Source: Treponemataceae bacterium (GTDB lineage Bacteria; Spirochaetota; Spirochaetia; Treponematales; Rectinemataceae). From it: a DNA stretch of 64,000 nucleotides. The notes below the pieces were generated by a model, which saw only the letters and a program-made list of their open reading frames with translations, was not told the origin of the DNA and made no database searches. A program made the position numbers and the translations under genes. Position 1 is the stretch's first letter. Every line of letters starts with the position of its first letter. The DNA lies in NCBI GenBank assembly GCA_963678065.2, contig CAXXVZ010000005.1, forward strand, positions 32,001-96,000, written 5' to 3'. Shown here in pieces: positions 43,129 to 52,738 of this stretch.

Positions 43129-44228
43129 TAGCTTCCCTTCCGAGATTCATGGCGGCCACGAAGGGATGCTCATCGGTGTCCCGGCGGAAAAAGAACGCGA
43201 TCTTCGATGTCGCGGCCCGTCTGACCCTCATCGCGGAGAAGGCGCGGTCCGACGGAGGGACCGGCCTCGCCTCCTCCGCGGCGACAGAACGCCGGAAGGC
43301 TCTCAAGCTCGGCCTGGAACTCCTCGTCCGCGGAGTCGGCCACGATGGACTCGACCGCTCGTTCAGAAAGGCCCACCTGACGAAGACCTTCGACCCCGGC
43401 GAAGCCCTGGAAAACCTGGTCATACTCGAAGGCCTCCACGCTTTCGTGGCGGGAGAGCACCCCTTCATCATGCTCCGGAGGATGACAGCCTTCCTCGGAA
43501 CGGAATTCCTCGAAAAAACCGATGCCTGGCTCACCGCCCGCATCGCGCGCAGGCGCAGGACAAAGGGCGAGGATCTTCTCGTGCCAGGCGAGCTGCCCGA
43601 CATTCTCAGGTCTCTCTCCCGCCAGGATGGCAGACTGGAGCGCGTCGCGCGCGCCGCCGGAAGAGACATCATGTCAGCTTCCCTCGCGGGCTGCCCCCGC
43701 GAGAGCCTTCTCCTCGTGAAACCCGCCTTCGGCAGGATCGGCGGTGCCATCCTCGAGGACAACATGGTTTTCCTCCGCTCCCGGCTGTCCACCGAAGAGA
43801 TAGCGGGCGCGCAGAGCGCCTTTCTGGAAATCCTCCACGAGCACGAAGCGCAGGAAGGGCTCGATGCAGCCGAAGGTCAGGGCGAGACCGAGACGGATCC
43901 GGACTTCGTCAGGGAGCTCACCGGGGCCATCCTCGCCCTGGACGAAAAAGCGATCAAGGCGGGAGTTTCCGGGATGGAGGGCAAACACCTCGCCGCCGCG
44001 ATGCAGGGGATGGAACCCGTCGCGCACGAGCGAATCCTGGCTTCCCTCGGCAAGCGCGAAGAAAAACGCATCCTCGATTCCATAGACGACTTCGATCCTC
44101 TCACGAGGACGGAGGTTGCGGCCGCAGCAGTCATACTGATCGCGCGGCTCGCGGCCGCCGCGGAAAAACTCGGAAAACTGCCCGAAACCCTCAAGCAGCG
44201 GTTGGAAGCCCTGCGGAACTGGAAGTAG
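43125..44228 (+). CDS. MotA-cytoplasmic-like domain fused to two FliG C-terminal-like repeats
   Basis: AEKARSDG, LGLELLVRG, ILEGL..FVAGEHP; then ILEDNMVFL..EEIAGAQ and LDEKAI..LAAAMQG..ILASLGKR..EV. Confidence 0.6.
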   Translation: MIASLPRFMAATKGCSSVSRRKKNAIFDVAARLTLIAEKARSDGGTGLASSAATERRKALKLGLELLVRGVGHDGLDRSFRKAHLTKTFDPGEALENLVILEGLHAFVAGEHPFIMLRRMTAFLGTEFLEKTDAWLTARIARRRRTKGEDLLVPGELPDILRSLSRQDGRLERVARAAGRDIMSASLAGCPRESLLLVKPAFGRIGGAILEDNMVFLRSRLSTEEIAGAQSAFLEILHEHEAQEGLDAAEGQGETETDPDFVRELTGAILALDEKAIKAGVSGMEGKHLAAAMQGMEPVAHERILASLGKREEKRILDSIDDFDPLTRTEVAAAAVILIARLAAAAEKLGKLPETLKQRLEALRNWK

Positions 44229-44417
44229 GGTCCCCGCCCCGGCAGGCAGCGGCGAGCTGTCCGCCAGGGAGAAATCGTCCGGAAAAACCGGAATCGCTCC
44301 GCCTCATACCTCAACCGGACTTCAATATATGCATTTCGCGATAAAAACATTTGCACGGAGTATCGGGCCATGATACTGTCTCTCTGTCGCGGAAGCATCC
44401 CCGACAGGAGGAAGTAC

Positions 44418-45413
44418 ATGAAACGAACAGTTCTCATCCTTTTGGCCTTTGCGGTATGCGCGGGAAGCCTCATCGCCGCCCCCAAGACCAAAGTCAAGAT
44501 CGGACTCATCGTCGAATCCACTGTCGACGACAAGGGCTGGGCCCAGGCCATGCACGACGCGATCATCGCCGTCCAGAAAAAGTATGGCTCCGCACTCGTC
44601 GAGTACAGCTACACCGAGAAGATGAAGCCGGTCGACGCCGGTTCGGCGGCCCGCCAGTACGCGGCCAAAGGCTTCGACATCATCATCGGCCACGGAGCCC
44701 AGTACAAGAACCTCATCCTCGAGATGGCGGAAGAGTACCCGAAGGTCACCTTCGCCTTCGGAACCTCAGGCGAGATCGGACCGAAAAACGTGTTCACCTA
44801 CATGCCCGAGAGCGAGGAAACCGGATACATCAACGGAGTCATCGCCGGTATGGTGACCAAAGTCAACATCATCGGCCTCGTCGGCCCCGTGGACGGCGGA
44901 GACGCCGCCCGCTACAACCGCGGCTTCGTGCTCGGCGTCAAGGCCGTGAATCCCAAGGCCACGGTCCAGGTCGCCCACACGGGCAGCTTCGGCGACTTCG
45001 TCAAAGCGGGCGAGCTCGCCCAGACCCAGATCAAGGCCGGCGCCGACGTCCTCACCGGCTCCGCGCAGCAGGCCCTCGGCGCTCTCCGCGCCGTCGCCGA
45101 ATTCAAGGACAAGCCCATCTGGTGGCTCGGTCAGGACACCGCCCAGCTCGACATCCCCGAAAGCTACAAGGTCATCGCGGCGGCGAGCTACGACTACTCA
45201 GCGGTCGTCGAGGCTCTCATCGACAAGCGCCAGGCCGGCGTTCTCGGTGGCCAGAGCATCCCGATGAACTTCGCCAACCACGGCTTCACCTACGAGTTCA
45301 ACTCCAAGGTCGGCGCCGTCCTCTCCCCCTCGGTCAAGGCCGCGGCGGAAAAGGCCAAGGCGGACATCACCGCCGGGAAGCTCACGATCAACTGGAAAGA
45401 CGTCAAGTACTGA
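44418..45413 (+). CDS. BMP family ABC substrate-binding protein (nucleoside/purine)
   Basis: Signal peptide, DDKGWAQ, IIGHG, GYINGVIAG, GF..GVKAVNP, TGSFGD. Confidence 0.9.
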   Translation: MKRTVLILLAFAVCAGSLIAAPKTKVKIGLIVESTVDDKGWAQAMHDAIIAVQKKYGSALVEYSYTEKMKPVDAGSAARQYAAKGFDIIIGHGAQYKNLILEMAEEYPKVTFAFGTSGEIGPKNVFTYMPESEETGYINGVIAGMVTKVNIIGLVGPVDGGDAARYNRGFVLGVKAVNPKATVQVAHTGSFGDFVKAGELAQTQIKAGADVLTGSAQQALGALRAVAEFKDKPIWWLGQDTAQLDIPESYKVIAAASYDYSAVVEALIDKRQAGVLGGQSIPMNFANHGFTYEFNSKVGAVLSPSVKAAAEKAKADITAGKLTINWKDVKY

Positions 45414-45426
45414 GGTCCTGACAGTC

Positions 45427-45498
45427 TCGGCTTCCGGATTCCGTGTGGAATCCGGAAGCCGACCATAGAGGCGATCCTCGCGGTCGCCTGTTTTTTTT
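45427..45498 (+). terminator. Intercistronic double hairpin with U-tract after the BMP gene
   Basis: 16-bp perfect stem TCGGCTTCCGGATTCC/GGAATCCGGAAGCCGA, then AGGCGAT..GTCGCCT followed by G and T8. Confidence 0.75.
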
Positions 45499-45565
45499 GG
45501 CGGGATGGCGGATGGTGTTGCGCGTCGCAGGACTGTTCCCGCGACGACATCCCGAAGGATGTCGC

Positions 45566-47107
45566 ATGATGCACTCAGAACGTATCGACAGCCTCGCGGT
45601 GGAGGGTGTCACCAAACGCTTTCCGGGCATAGTCGCCTGCAAAGACATATCCCTCGACGTGGGGAGAAGTCAGGTGCTCGCCCTCGTGGGCGAAAACGGG
45701 GCCGGCAAGACTACCCTGATGAACATCCTCATGGGGCTGTATCAGCCGGATGAGGGGCGGATACTCGTCAACGGGAAGCCCGTCAGGTTCAGGACGCCGA
45801 ACGACGCCTACGCATGCGGGATCGGCATGGTCCACCAGCACTTCATGCTCGTGCCGAACATGACGGTGGCGGAAAACATCGCCCTCGGGGCCAAGGATCT
45901 GCACAGAGGATTCCGCATCGACCTCAAAGAGGCGCGGAAACGGATTTCAGCCATCTCCGAACAGTACAGCCTGCCTGTCCAGCCGGACGCCTACATCTGG
46001 CAGCTCTCCGTCGGCGAACAGCAGCGCGTCGAACTCGTCAAGACACTCTGCTTCGGCGCCCGCTTCCTCATCCTCGACGAACCCACCTCGGCCCTGACCC
46101 CTCAGGAGACGGACGATCTCATCGAGCTTCTCAGGCGCATGACGAGCGACATGTCGATCATCTTCATAAGCCACAAGCTGGGCGAGGTGAAGGCGCTCTC
46201 CGACACGGTCACGATACTGCGACACGGCGAGGTCGTCTTCAGGGGCAATACTGCCGACCACAGCTCGTCGAACCTCGCAGCCCTCATGACCGGCCACGAA
46301 GTCGTCCTGCCACGTAACGAGTGCGGCGACGAGTGCGGCCAGCCCCTCGCGTCGATGCGCGGCCTCAGGGTCAGAAGCGACCGCGGCTTTCTCGCCCTGG
46401 ATGGATTCGATCTCGAAATCGGAGCCGGGGAGATCGTGGGACTGGCCGGCGTGTCGGGGAACGGACAGAAAGAGCTCGCGGACGCGCTCGCTGGCCTCCG
46501 GCCGATCGAGTCGGGCAGTTTCACCCTCCTCGGGAAGGAACTCGCGAACGCCTCTCCCAGGGCCATAATCGATTCGGGCATCGGCTATATCCCGGAGGAC
46601 AGGCATACAGAGGGTATCGTGCCCTCCTTCTCGATCCGCGAAAATCTCATCCTCAAGGATTTCGCGTCGAGGCAGTTCAGCGCGGGCCCCTTCCTCAAAC
46701 TGAAGGAATCGGAGAAGAACGCGGCGGGACTCCGCACGCGCTTCGACATCCGCTGTCCCTCCACGGCCACGGCCGCGGGCTCCCTCTCCGGCGGCAATAT
46801 CCAGAAAGTCATCCTCGCGCGCGAGATTGCGCGCTCGCCCAAACTCCTCGTCGCCGTCTACCCCACACGGGGCCTCGACATGGGCGCGGAAGAGTTCATC
46901 CACAAGAGCCTCCTCGACTTACGTCGCGCGGGCGTGGGAATCCTCCTCATCTCCGAGGAACTCGACGAGATCATGAACCTTTCCGACCGTATCGCCGTGG
47001 TCTATAAAGGAAGGATACTGAAGGTTCTGAAGGGGCCTGAGGCGACGAAGAAACGGCTGGGCATTCTCATGGCCGGACTTTCCGAAAGAGAGAACCCCGA
47101 TGAGTAA
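45566..47107 (+). CDS. ABC transporter ATP-binding protein (CUT2, nucleoside)
   Basis: GENGAGKTT, VHQHFML, LSVGEQQR, LSGGNIQK, PTRGLD. Confidence 0.93.
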   Translation: MMHSERIDSLAVEGVTKRFPGIVACKDISLDVGRSQVLALVGENGAGKTTLMNILMGLYQPDEGRILVNGKPVRFRTPNDAYACGIGMVHQHFMLVPNMTVAENIALGAKDLHRGFRIDLKEARKRISAISEQYSLPVQPDAYIWQLSVGEQQRVELVKTLCFGARFLILDEPTSALTPQETDDLIELLRRMTSDMSIIFISHKLGEVKALSDTVTILRHGEVVFRGNTADHSSSNLAALMTGHEVVLPRNECGDECGQPLASMRGLRVRSDRGFLALDGFDLEIGAGEIVGLAGVSGNGQKELADALAGLRPIESGSFTLLGKELANASPRAIIDSGIGYIPEDRHTEGIVPSFSIRENLILKDFASRQFSAGPFLKLKESEKNAAGLRTRFDIRCPSTATAAGSLSGGNIQKVILAREIARSPKLLVAVYPTRGLDMGAEEFIHKSLLDLRRAGVGILLISEELDEIMNLSDRIAVVYKGRILKVLKGPEATKKRLGILMAGLSERENPDE

Positions 47108-48263
47108 ATACTTCAAGGTCCTGTATACCGTCGCGGTCATAGTCCTCGCGGCGGCCGCGGCGGTCGGAATCGGAGCTGTCGTCCTCACGGTGATTGGCGT
47201 CAATGTCATCCAAACCTACAAGGTCATCCTGACGGAACCGCTCAAGGATATCTTCGGCATCACCGAGATACTCGTCCGCGCCATCCCCTTGAGCCTCATA
47301 GCGATGGGGATCGCGATAGCCTTCCGGAGCGGTATCCTCAACATCGGAGCGGAAGGCCAGATGCAGATCGGGACGATCGCCGCGACAGCCTTCGCCCTCG
47401 CTTTTCCGGCCGTGCCCAAATTGTTCCTTCTCCCGGCCGTCATGCTGGTCGGGGCCGCAGCGGGCGGGCTGTGGGGCGGCATCGCGGGCATCCTCAAGGC
47501 ACGCCTCGGCGTCAACGAGATCCTCTCGACGGTCATGCTCAACTACATCGCGGCGCAGTTCTACGGCTTCCTCCTGCGAGGCCCGATGATCGATCCCGCG
47601 GAACTCCAGACCGGCTCAGGCACGCCCCAGTCGATGCGCCTTCCCAAGACTGCCTGGCTCGACAGGCTCATCCCCGGCTCGCGGCTCCACGCGGGCATTT
47701 TCGTCGTCATCGCCGCCGCCGTCATCGTCTACATTCTGCTCTGGCGGACGAAATACGGTTTCAAGATGCGCGCCGCGGGGGCGGAGGCCAAGGCGGCCCG
47801 CTACGCCGGCATCAAGGTTGAGTCCTGCCTCGTCGCCGCCATGCTTCTTTCGGGAGCCTTCGCGGGCTTGGCCGGCGCGATCGAGGTGACGGGTGTCCAC
47901 AGGCGCGCCATCGAGGGCATTTCGTCGGGCTACGGATTCTCAGGGATAGTCGTGGCTCTCTTCGGAGGCCTCCACCCCGCCGGCATCCTGCCCTCGGCCG
48001 TCTTCTTCGGCCTCCTCCTCATCGGGGCCGACATGACGCAGCGCGCGATGTCCGTGCCGGCCAACATGGTCCTTGTCCTTCAGGGAGCGGTCATCCTCAG
48101 CATCGTTTCGGCGAGAAACTACATCAACGATCCCTACGCGCGGGAGAAATTCGCGAGAAAACTCGCGAGCCTGACGGGGAAGACGGGGCGGAGAAGGAAG
48201 ACAGGAGTCCCTGACGGAAGAACGGGCATCGGGACCGGCGCGACGAAGGAGGTCCGACGATGA
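47100..48263 (+). CDS. ABC transporter permease (nucleoside)
   Basis: NIGAEGQ, VNEILSTVMLNY, GYGFSGIVVAL. Confidence 0.92.
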   Translation: MSKYFKVLYTVAVIVLAAAAAVGIGAVVLTVIGVNVIQTYKVILTEPLKDIFGITEILVRAIPLSLIAMGIAIAFRSGILNIGAEGQMQIGTIAATAFALAFPAVPKLFLLPAVMLVGAAAGGLWGGIAGILKARLGVNEILSTVMLNYIAAQFYGFLLRGPMIDPAELQTGSGTPQSMRLPKTAWLDRLIPGSRLHAGIFVVIAAAVIVYILLWRTKYGFKMRAAGAEAKAARYAGIKVESCLVAAMLLSGAFAGLAGAIEVTGVHRRAIEGISSGYGFSGIVVALFGGLHPAGILPSAVFFGLLLIGADMTQRAMSVPANMVLVLQGAVILSIVSARNYINDPYAREKFARKLASLTGKTGRRRKTGVPDGRTGIGTGATKEVRR

Positions 48264-49210
48264 GCATACTGACGGTCGTTTCCAACATACTTGTCCTCGG
48301 CGTGCCTTTTTCGATCGCCCTCCTTCTGGCGGCCTTGGGCGAAATGTTCAACCAGAGAGCGGGAGTCTTCAATCTCGGCTGTGAGGGCATCATGGCTATG
48401 GGAGCCTTCCTCGCCTTCCTTCCGGCCTATTTTTTCAAAACCGGGCCCCTCATGCCTTACGCAAACCTGATTGGCGTGGCGGGGGCCGTCGCCGTCGGCG
48501 CCCTGCTCGGCGCCGTATTCGCCCTCGTGACCGTCACGTTCCGGGCCCCGCAGGGCATCGCCGGGATAGGCCTCCAGATGCTCGGATGGGGCACTGCGGG
48601 CACACTTTTTCGGCATTTCATAGGCGGAGTCACGGGAGTCCCCGGCATTCCGGCTCTTCCGGTTCCCTTGCTGTCCAGGATTCCCGTGCTCGGCCCCATT
48701 CTCTTCAACCACAATCCATTGGTCTATTTTGCTCTTCTGATGGTTCCGGCGAGCTGGCTCATCCTCTTCAAGACTCCGTGGGGGCTCAAGGTGCGCGCAG
48801 TCGGGACTCATCCGCGGGCTGCGGACACCATGGGCACGAACGTTTCCCGGGTGCGCTACCAGGCGCTCGCCCTCGGCGGCGCGATGGCCGGCCTCGCGGG
48901 GGCTTATCTGTCGCTCTGTCAGGCGAAAATGTTCGCAGACGACATCGTCGCCGGCCGAGGCTTCATAGCGGTGGCCCTTGTGTATTTCGGCCGCTGGCAT
49001 CCCGGATGGATTCTGGCCGGAAGCCTTCTCTTCAGCCTCGCCCAGTCCTTCCAGCTCACCATCCAGGTGTTGGGCATCAAGTTCCCGTACGAGTTCGCCG
49101 TCATGCTGCCCTACATCATGGTGATCCTGGTCCTCTCGCTGGCCAGCTCTTCGAAGCTGCATGGTCCGGACGCTCTCGGCAAACCGTTCAATCGGGAAAA
49201 GCGGGTCTGA
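48260..49210 (+). CDS. ABC transporter permease (nucleoside)
   Basis: GEMFNQRAGVFNLGCEG, AVGTHPRAA, AGRGFIAVALV.FGRW. Confidence 0.92.
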   Translation: MSILTVVSNILVLGVPFSIALLLAALGEMFNQRAGVFNLGCEGIMAMGAFLAFLPAYFFKTGPLMPYANLIGVAGAVAVGALLGAVFALVTVTFRAPQGIAGIGLQMLGWGTAGTLFRHFIGGVTGVPGIPALPVPLLSRIPVLGPILFNHNPLVYFALLMVPASWLILFKTPWGLKVRAVGTHPRAADTMGTNVSRVRYQALALGGAMAGLAGAYLSLCQAKMFADDIVAGRGFIAVALVYFGRWHPGWILAGSLLFSLAQSFQLTIQVLGIKFPYEFAVMLPYIMVILVLSLASSSKLHGPDALGKPFNREKRV

Positions 49211-49408
49211 ATCGGGCAAACAGGGCAAACAGAAACAGGGCAAAGGCGACTGGCAGCGTCACAATGCCCTGTCTATGCTGCGTCAGGAAAAACAAAAAAG
49301 GCCGCCCGGCACTCCATTCCCTCCCCAAGGGAACCGGATGCCAGACAGCCTTTTTCCGACAAATCCCCGCGAGCTGAAGGGAAACCCTTCAGCGATGATC
49401 GTCGGAGC

Positions 49409-50071
49409 TCAGGGGGCCTTTGCCTTCTTGCGGGTGGAAGGTTTTTTCTCCTTGCCAGGGAGAAGGAAAAGTTTTTCCATCTCATCCATTCTGGCACGGG
49501 ACGCTACCTTGAGGTCGAAGGAAAAACCGCTGGTAATCCACTGCGCGACCGTCACGTACGTCATGCCGAAGATAGTGGATGAAATGGTCTCCGGAGATAT
49601 GTCACTCCGCACTTCCTTACGCTCGACCGCTTCCTTGACGCAGGCAAGAAAGTGCTCCTGATCCTCGGCTTCGAGCTCGTTAAGCCTTTCGCGGAGATCA
49701 GGATAACCTCCGAAAACCTGGCGTGCGTATATGATCACGTAGGCGAGATCCTTGCCATCGGCGAGGATCTCTACCATGGAGAGCGTCGCCGTTCTGAGGC
49801 GCTCCCAACCCTTGAGCTCCTCTTCGAAGCCCTGGCCTATCCGTGCATATACCCGCTCAACCGTGTGGAAGAGTCCGGCAAAAAGACCATCCACACCCTC
49901 GAAATGCCTGAAGATTGCAGGCTCCGTGATTCCGACCCTGTTGGCGATGTTCTTGAGCGTGGCTGAGCGTGGGCCACGTTCCCTGATAACTCCCGCGGCG
50001 GCCGCGAGAACAGCCGTCTTGGCCTTGGAATATGGCCATTCAGGATCTGCAGCAAGTAGTTCTGGTGTCAT
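49409..50071 (-). CDS. TetR/AcrR family transcriptional regulator
   Basis: ATLKNIANRVGITEPAIFRHF HTH. Confidence 0.88.
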   Translation of the reverse strand: MTPELLAADPEWPYSKAKTAVLAAAAGVIRERGPRSATLKNIANRVGITEPAIFRHFEGVDGLFAGLFHTVERVYARIGQGFEEELKGWERLRTATLSMVEILADGKDLAYVIIYARQVFGGYPDLRERLNELEAEDQEHFLACVKEAVERKEVRSDISPETISSTIFGMTYVTVAQWITSGFSFDLKVASRARMDEMEKLFLLPGKEKKPSTRKKAKAP

Positions 50072-50174
50072 ATTAATATGATACAACAAGTTATTTTAAT
50101 TGTGAAGACATGATTGAAAAAAATGTTTTATTTTTTGCAGAAAAAAAACTTTTAATACTGTATAACTATAATAA

Positions 50175-50220
50175 ATAATATATTTACACTTTTATTTTAA
50201 ACATCATGTAAATATATTAT
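50175..50220. promoter_or_regulatory. 14-bp perfect inverted repeat within an extremely AT-rich intergenic tract
   Basis: ATAATATATTTACA (50175-50188) / TGTAAATATATTAT (50207-50220). Confidence 0.5.
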
Positions 50221-50231
50221 GTGTAAATTAA

Positions 50232-50882
50232 CTAAATGTTATACTCACCCAGTTTCACCACGACCTGTGCCGGTTTTGTCCCGAACCGGGACAGGAAAAA
50301 CTTTTCCGCGAGCGAGGCCACAGAAGAGCGGATCTTTTCCCTCAGCTCCGGGTTCTCGAGACTCGCGGTCGCTTCGCGCAGCAACTCGGCCGACAAGCCT
50401 GATTCCATGCTCCGCGCCGCCTCCCTCAGCCGGAAGAGAGTCTCTGAAAGGATGTTGGCGCCCTTCGTCCGCACTTCGAGGGTTTCGGTCATGATAGCGG
50501 GCGGAAGGACACGGGGCGTCGGCAGGCAGACCGACAGTATCCTTGCCCTGCGGTCCCACGCGGCTCTGCAGTCCGCGGGATCGGAGACTTCGATATAGTA
50601 GGCGACATCGGCGTAGACCGATATCTCCACCGAGGACTTGAGCTGTATGAACGCGAGAAGCCGGGCTGAAAAATCACGGGACAGGGTGTACCTCTGCCGC
50701 GAAGTGAGGACGACGAGTTTCCCCGCCGGCCTGATCTCTTCGAGGTACATGACAAAGCGGTTCGAAACATTTGTCACGGGGGAGAGCAGTTTTGGAAGCA
50801 GGACCAGGGCGAGGACAGCGATCGCGAGCAGCGCAAGGAGAGCGGGCAGCATGCGGCTAACGGGGCCACGAATCCCTTTCAT
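50232..50882 (-). CDS. DUF4230-like membrane-anchored protein
   Basis: N-terminal TM anchor, EIRPAGKLVV, A.V.Y.I, LP.PRV pattern. Confidence 0.6.
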   Translation of the reverse strand: MKGIRGPVSRMLPALLALLAIAVLALVLLPKLLSPVTNVSNRFVMYLEEIRPAGKLVVLTSRQRYTLSRDFSARLLAFIQLKSSVEISVYADVAYYIEVSDPADCRAAWDRRARILSVCLPTPRVLPPAIMTETLEVRTKGANILSETLFRLREAARSMESGLSAELLREATASLENPELREKIRSSVASLAEKFFLSRFGTKPAQVVVKLGEYNI

Positions 50883-50894
50883 GAAATATTTTTA

Positions 50895-52445
50895 TCATGA
50901 CTTTGGAGAGGAGGCAAGCCGCGAAGGGGATTTCGTGAAAAAAGCTTTCCGGTTTGCCGTCGTATAGAGCCACACGAGACGGGAGATGTTGCGCAGTATC
51001 CCGAACACACAGGCCGCGACAATGACCGCCGCGAGATCCGGTTCGAGGGTGAAGAGGCTCTGTATCGTTACGAGGCGCCCGAAGGCCAGGCCGACAAGGA
51101 CGGGAGCGTATACGATCACGAGCACCCGGGCGACGCATCCAAGGATGGTGCGCAAAGCTGAAACAACGACCGGTCTCAGTGTGCCGCTCGCCTCGGAACT
51201 GTCCTTGACCGAACGCGCCCAGCCGAATGCTCCGGATATCTGGATAGTCAGAACGAGAAGATAGACGAAGGAAGATACCGCAAACAGAATGAGTACCCGG
51301 CCCATCGGCAGGGGTTTCATGGAACTCCCGTTGAACATGATGCGGGACGCGGTGCCGGCGAGAGCCGGAAGCACGATGGAGGACTGTATGAAGCCGCCCT
51401 GTGCGGAAAGAAGGATAATGCCCGAACGCCTTTCGGGCCAGATCACGATGTTGGATGAAAAACCCTGTATAGACCCTCCCTGAAAGATGATCCGGTCGCC
51501 GTTTTTTTCGTTGATCCTCCATCCGTAGCCGTAGTTGCCGCCGGGCAATACGGGCTGGTAGAGAGCCGGAACATGCTTGGAGGGAAGGGCTGCAATGCCG
51601 CGCACCCGCGGCGATGCGATGTAGGAGACGAACTTGGCCATGTCGCGCACTGTAGAGACGATACCGTCGGCCGGTATGGCCGACTCGGAAACCGCCTGAG
51701 CGGGATACGGCAGGGCAACGCCGAAAAAAAGCCCGCTGCCGCGCGGAATATCGGCGGAGGCCGGAGGCCTCGCGGAAGTGGAAGTCATGTCGAGGGGAGC
51801 TGCCAGGCGCCGGGTCAGAAGCTCGGCGAAGGATTTTCCGGAGGCTTTCTCCATGACGAGGGCGAGAGTCCTGTATCCGAGACCGGAGCGGTGGATACGA
51901 AGCTGCCCGGATTGTGCGGTCAGTCCCTCGGGATCTATCTCCATGGTTTCAAATCCAAAACCCTCGACGCTGCGGGCTTCAGACGCCAGAAGGCCCTGGG
52001 GATAGGAGTGAGTGACAAGGTCGGCTATGGTCACGGTCCGGCCCACTCCCGCGTCGTCCGAGGGGGGAAAGGAGCTTTTCGGATTCTCGGGTAAGGATGT
52101 CCCGGGAAGCGTCCAGGCTTTCTCGTCAAGGGAGAGGGTCTTGTCCAGGATCATGGAGCAGGCGAGGGCCCCGGTGAGTATTTCACTGGAGGGGCCGAGG
52201 TAGAGAGGACTGTCGACCGTGAGTTTTTTCCTCGCGCCATCGAAGCCGAAGGCCTCCTCGTAGACCAACTTGCCTTCCTGTATCACGGCGACCGCGAAAC
52301 CCGAACAGGCCTGCCTCTGCTTCTCGATGCGGAACATGGCTCCAAGATCCTTGTACCGCTCGGGCCCGATATCGGGAAGAAAGAGAAGGAGGGCCGAGGC
52401 TGCCACGATGATGAAAGTCGGGGCAAGACGTCTTAGGAAGCGCAT
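50895..52445 (-). CDS. Serine hydrolase / beta-lactamase-fold membrane protein with degenerate active site
   Basis: GFAVAVI..G, TIADLVTHS, PLDMTST, GIVSTVRDMAKF, YGYGW; C-terminal TM helices; SxxK position reads GPSSE. Confidence 0.75.
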   Translation of the reverse strand: MRFLRRLAPTFIIVAASALLLFLPDIGPERYKDLGAMFRIEKQRQACSGFAVAVIQEGKLVYEEAFGFDGARKKLTVDSPLYLGPSSEILTGALACSMILDKTLSLDEKAWTLPGTSLPENPKSSFPPSDDAGVGRTVTIADLVTHSYPQGLLASEARSVEGFGFETMEIDPEGLTAQSGQLRIHRSGLGYRTLALVMEKASGKSFAELLTRRLAAPLDMTSTSARPPASADIPRGSGLFFGVALPYPAQAVSESAIPADGIVSTVRDMAKFVSYIASPRVRGIAALPSKHVPALYQPVLPGGNYGYGWRINEKNGDRIIFQGGSIQGFSSNIVIWPERRSGIILLSAQGGFIQSSIVLPALAGTASRIMFNGSSMKPLPMGRVLILFAVSSFVYLLVLTIQISGAFGWARSVKDSSEASGTLRPVVVSALRTILGCVARVLVIVYAPVLVGLAFGRLVTIQSLFTLEPDLAAVIVAACVFGILRNISRLVWLYTTANRKAFFTKSPSRLASSPKS

Positions 52446-52673
52446 CGTCTCGAGTATAGCACCGCCACGGAGGGTCTTGCCACGGCCCTCCGGCTATGAT
52501 AAACATTCGCACGACATGAGAGTTCCAAGACAAGTCGGACCTGATGCGCGTGGCGCCTGTCCGCTCTCATTGTCCTTGTTGTCCGGCCTCGGCTGGCACC
52601 CTTCGCCGTCGCTGGCGGCACCGTTTCCGGCGGCACCGCTTCACGCGGATAAAATTCCGTTTTTGGTCACCAT

Positions 52674-52703
52674 GGACCGTCCATTCCGGACGGTCCTTTT
52701 TTT
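52674..52703 (+). terminator. Intrinsic terminator in the 5' leader of the uracil permease gene (attenuator)
   Basis: GGACCGTCC-ATTCC-GGACGGTCC-T7, 35 nt upstream of the ATG. Confidence 0.8.
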
Positions 52704-52738
52704 ATCCCCACACATTCCACACATCACAAGGAGGCATC

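Noticed and set aside
49213..49245. Short GGGCAAACA repeats after the ABC permease
   Set aside because: Only about three degenerate copies with no structure or context suggesting function.
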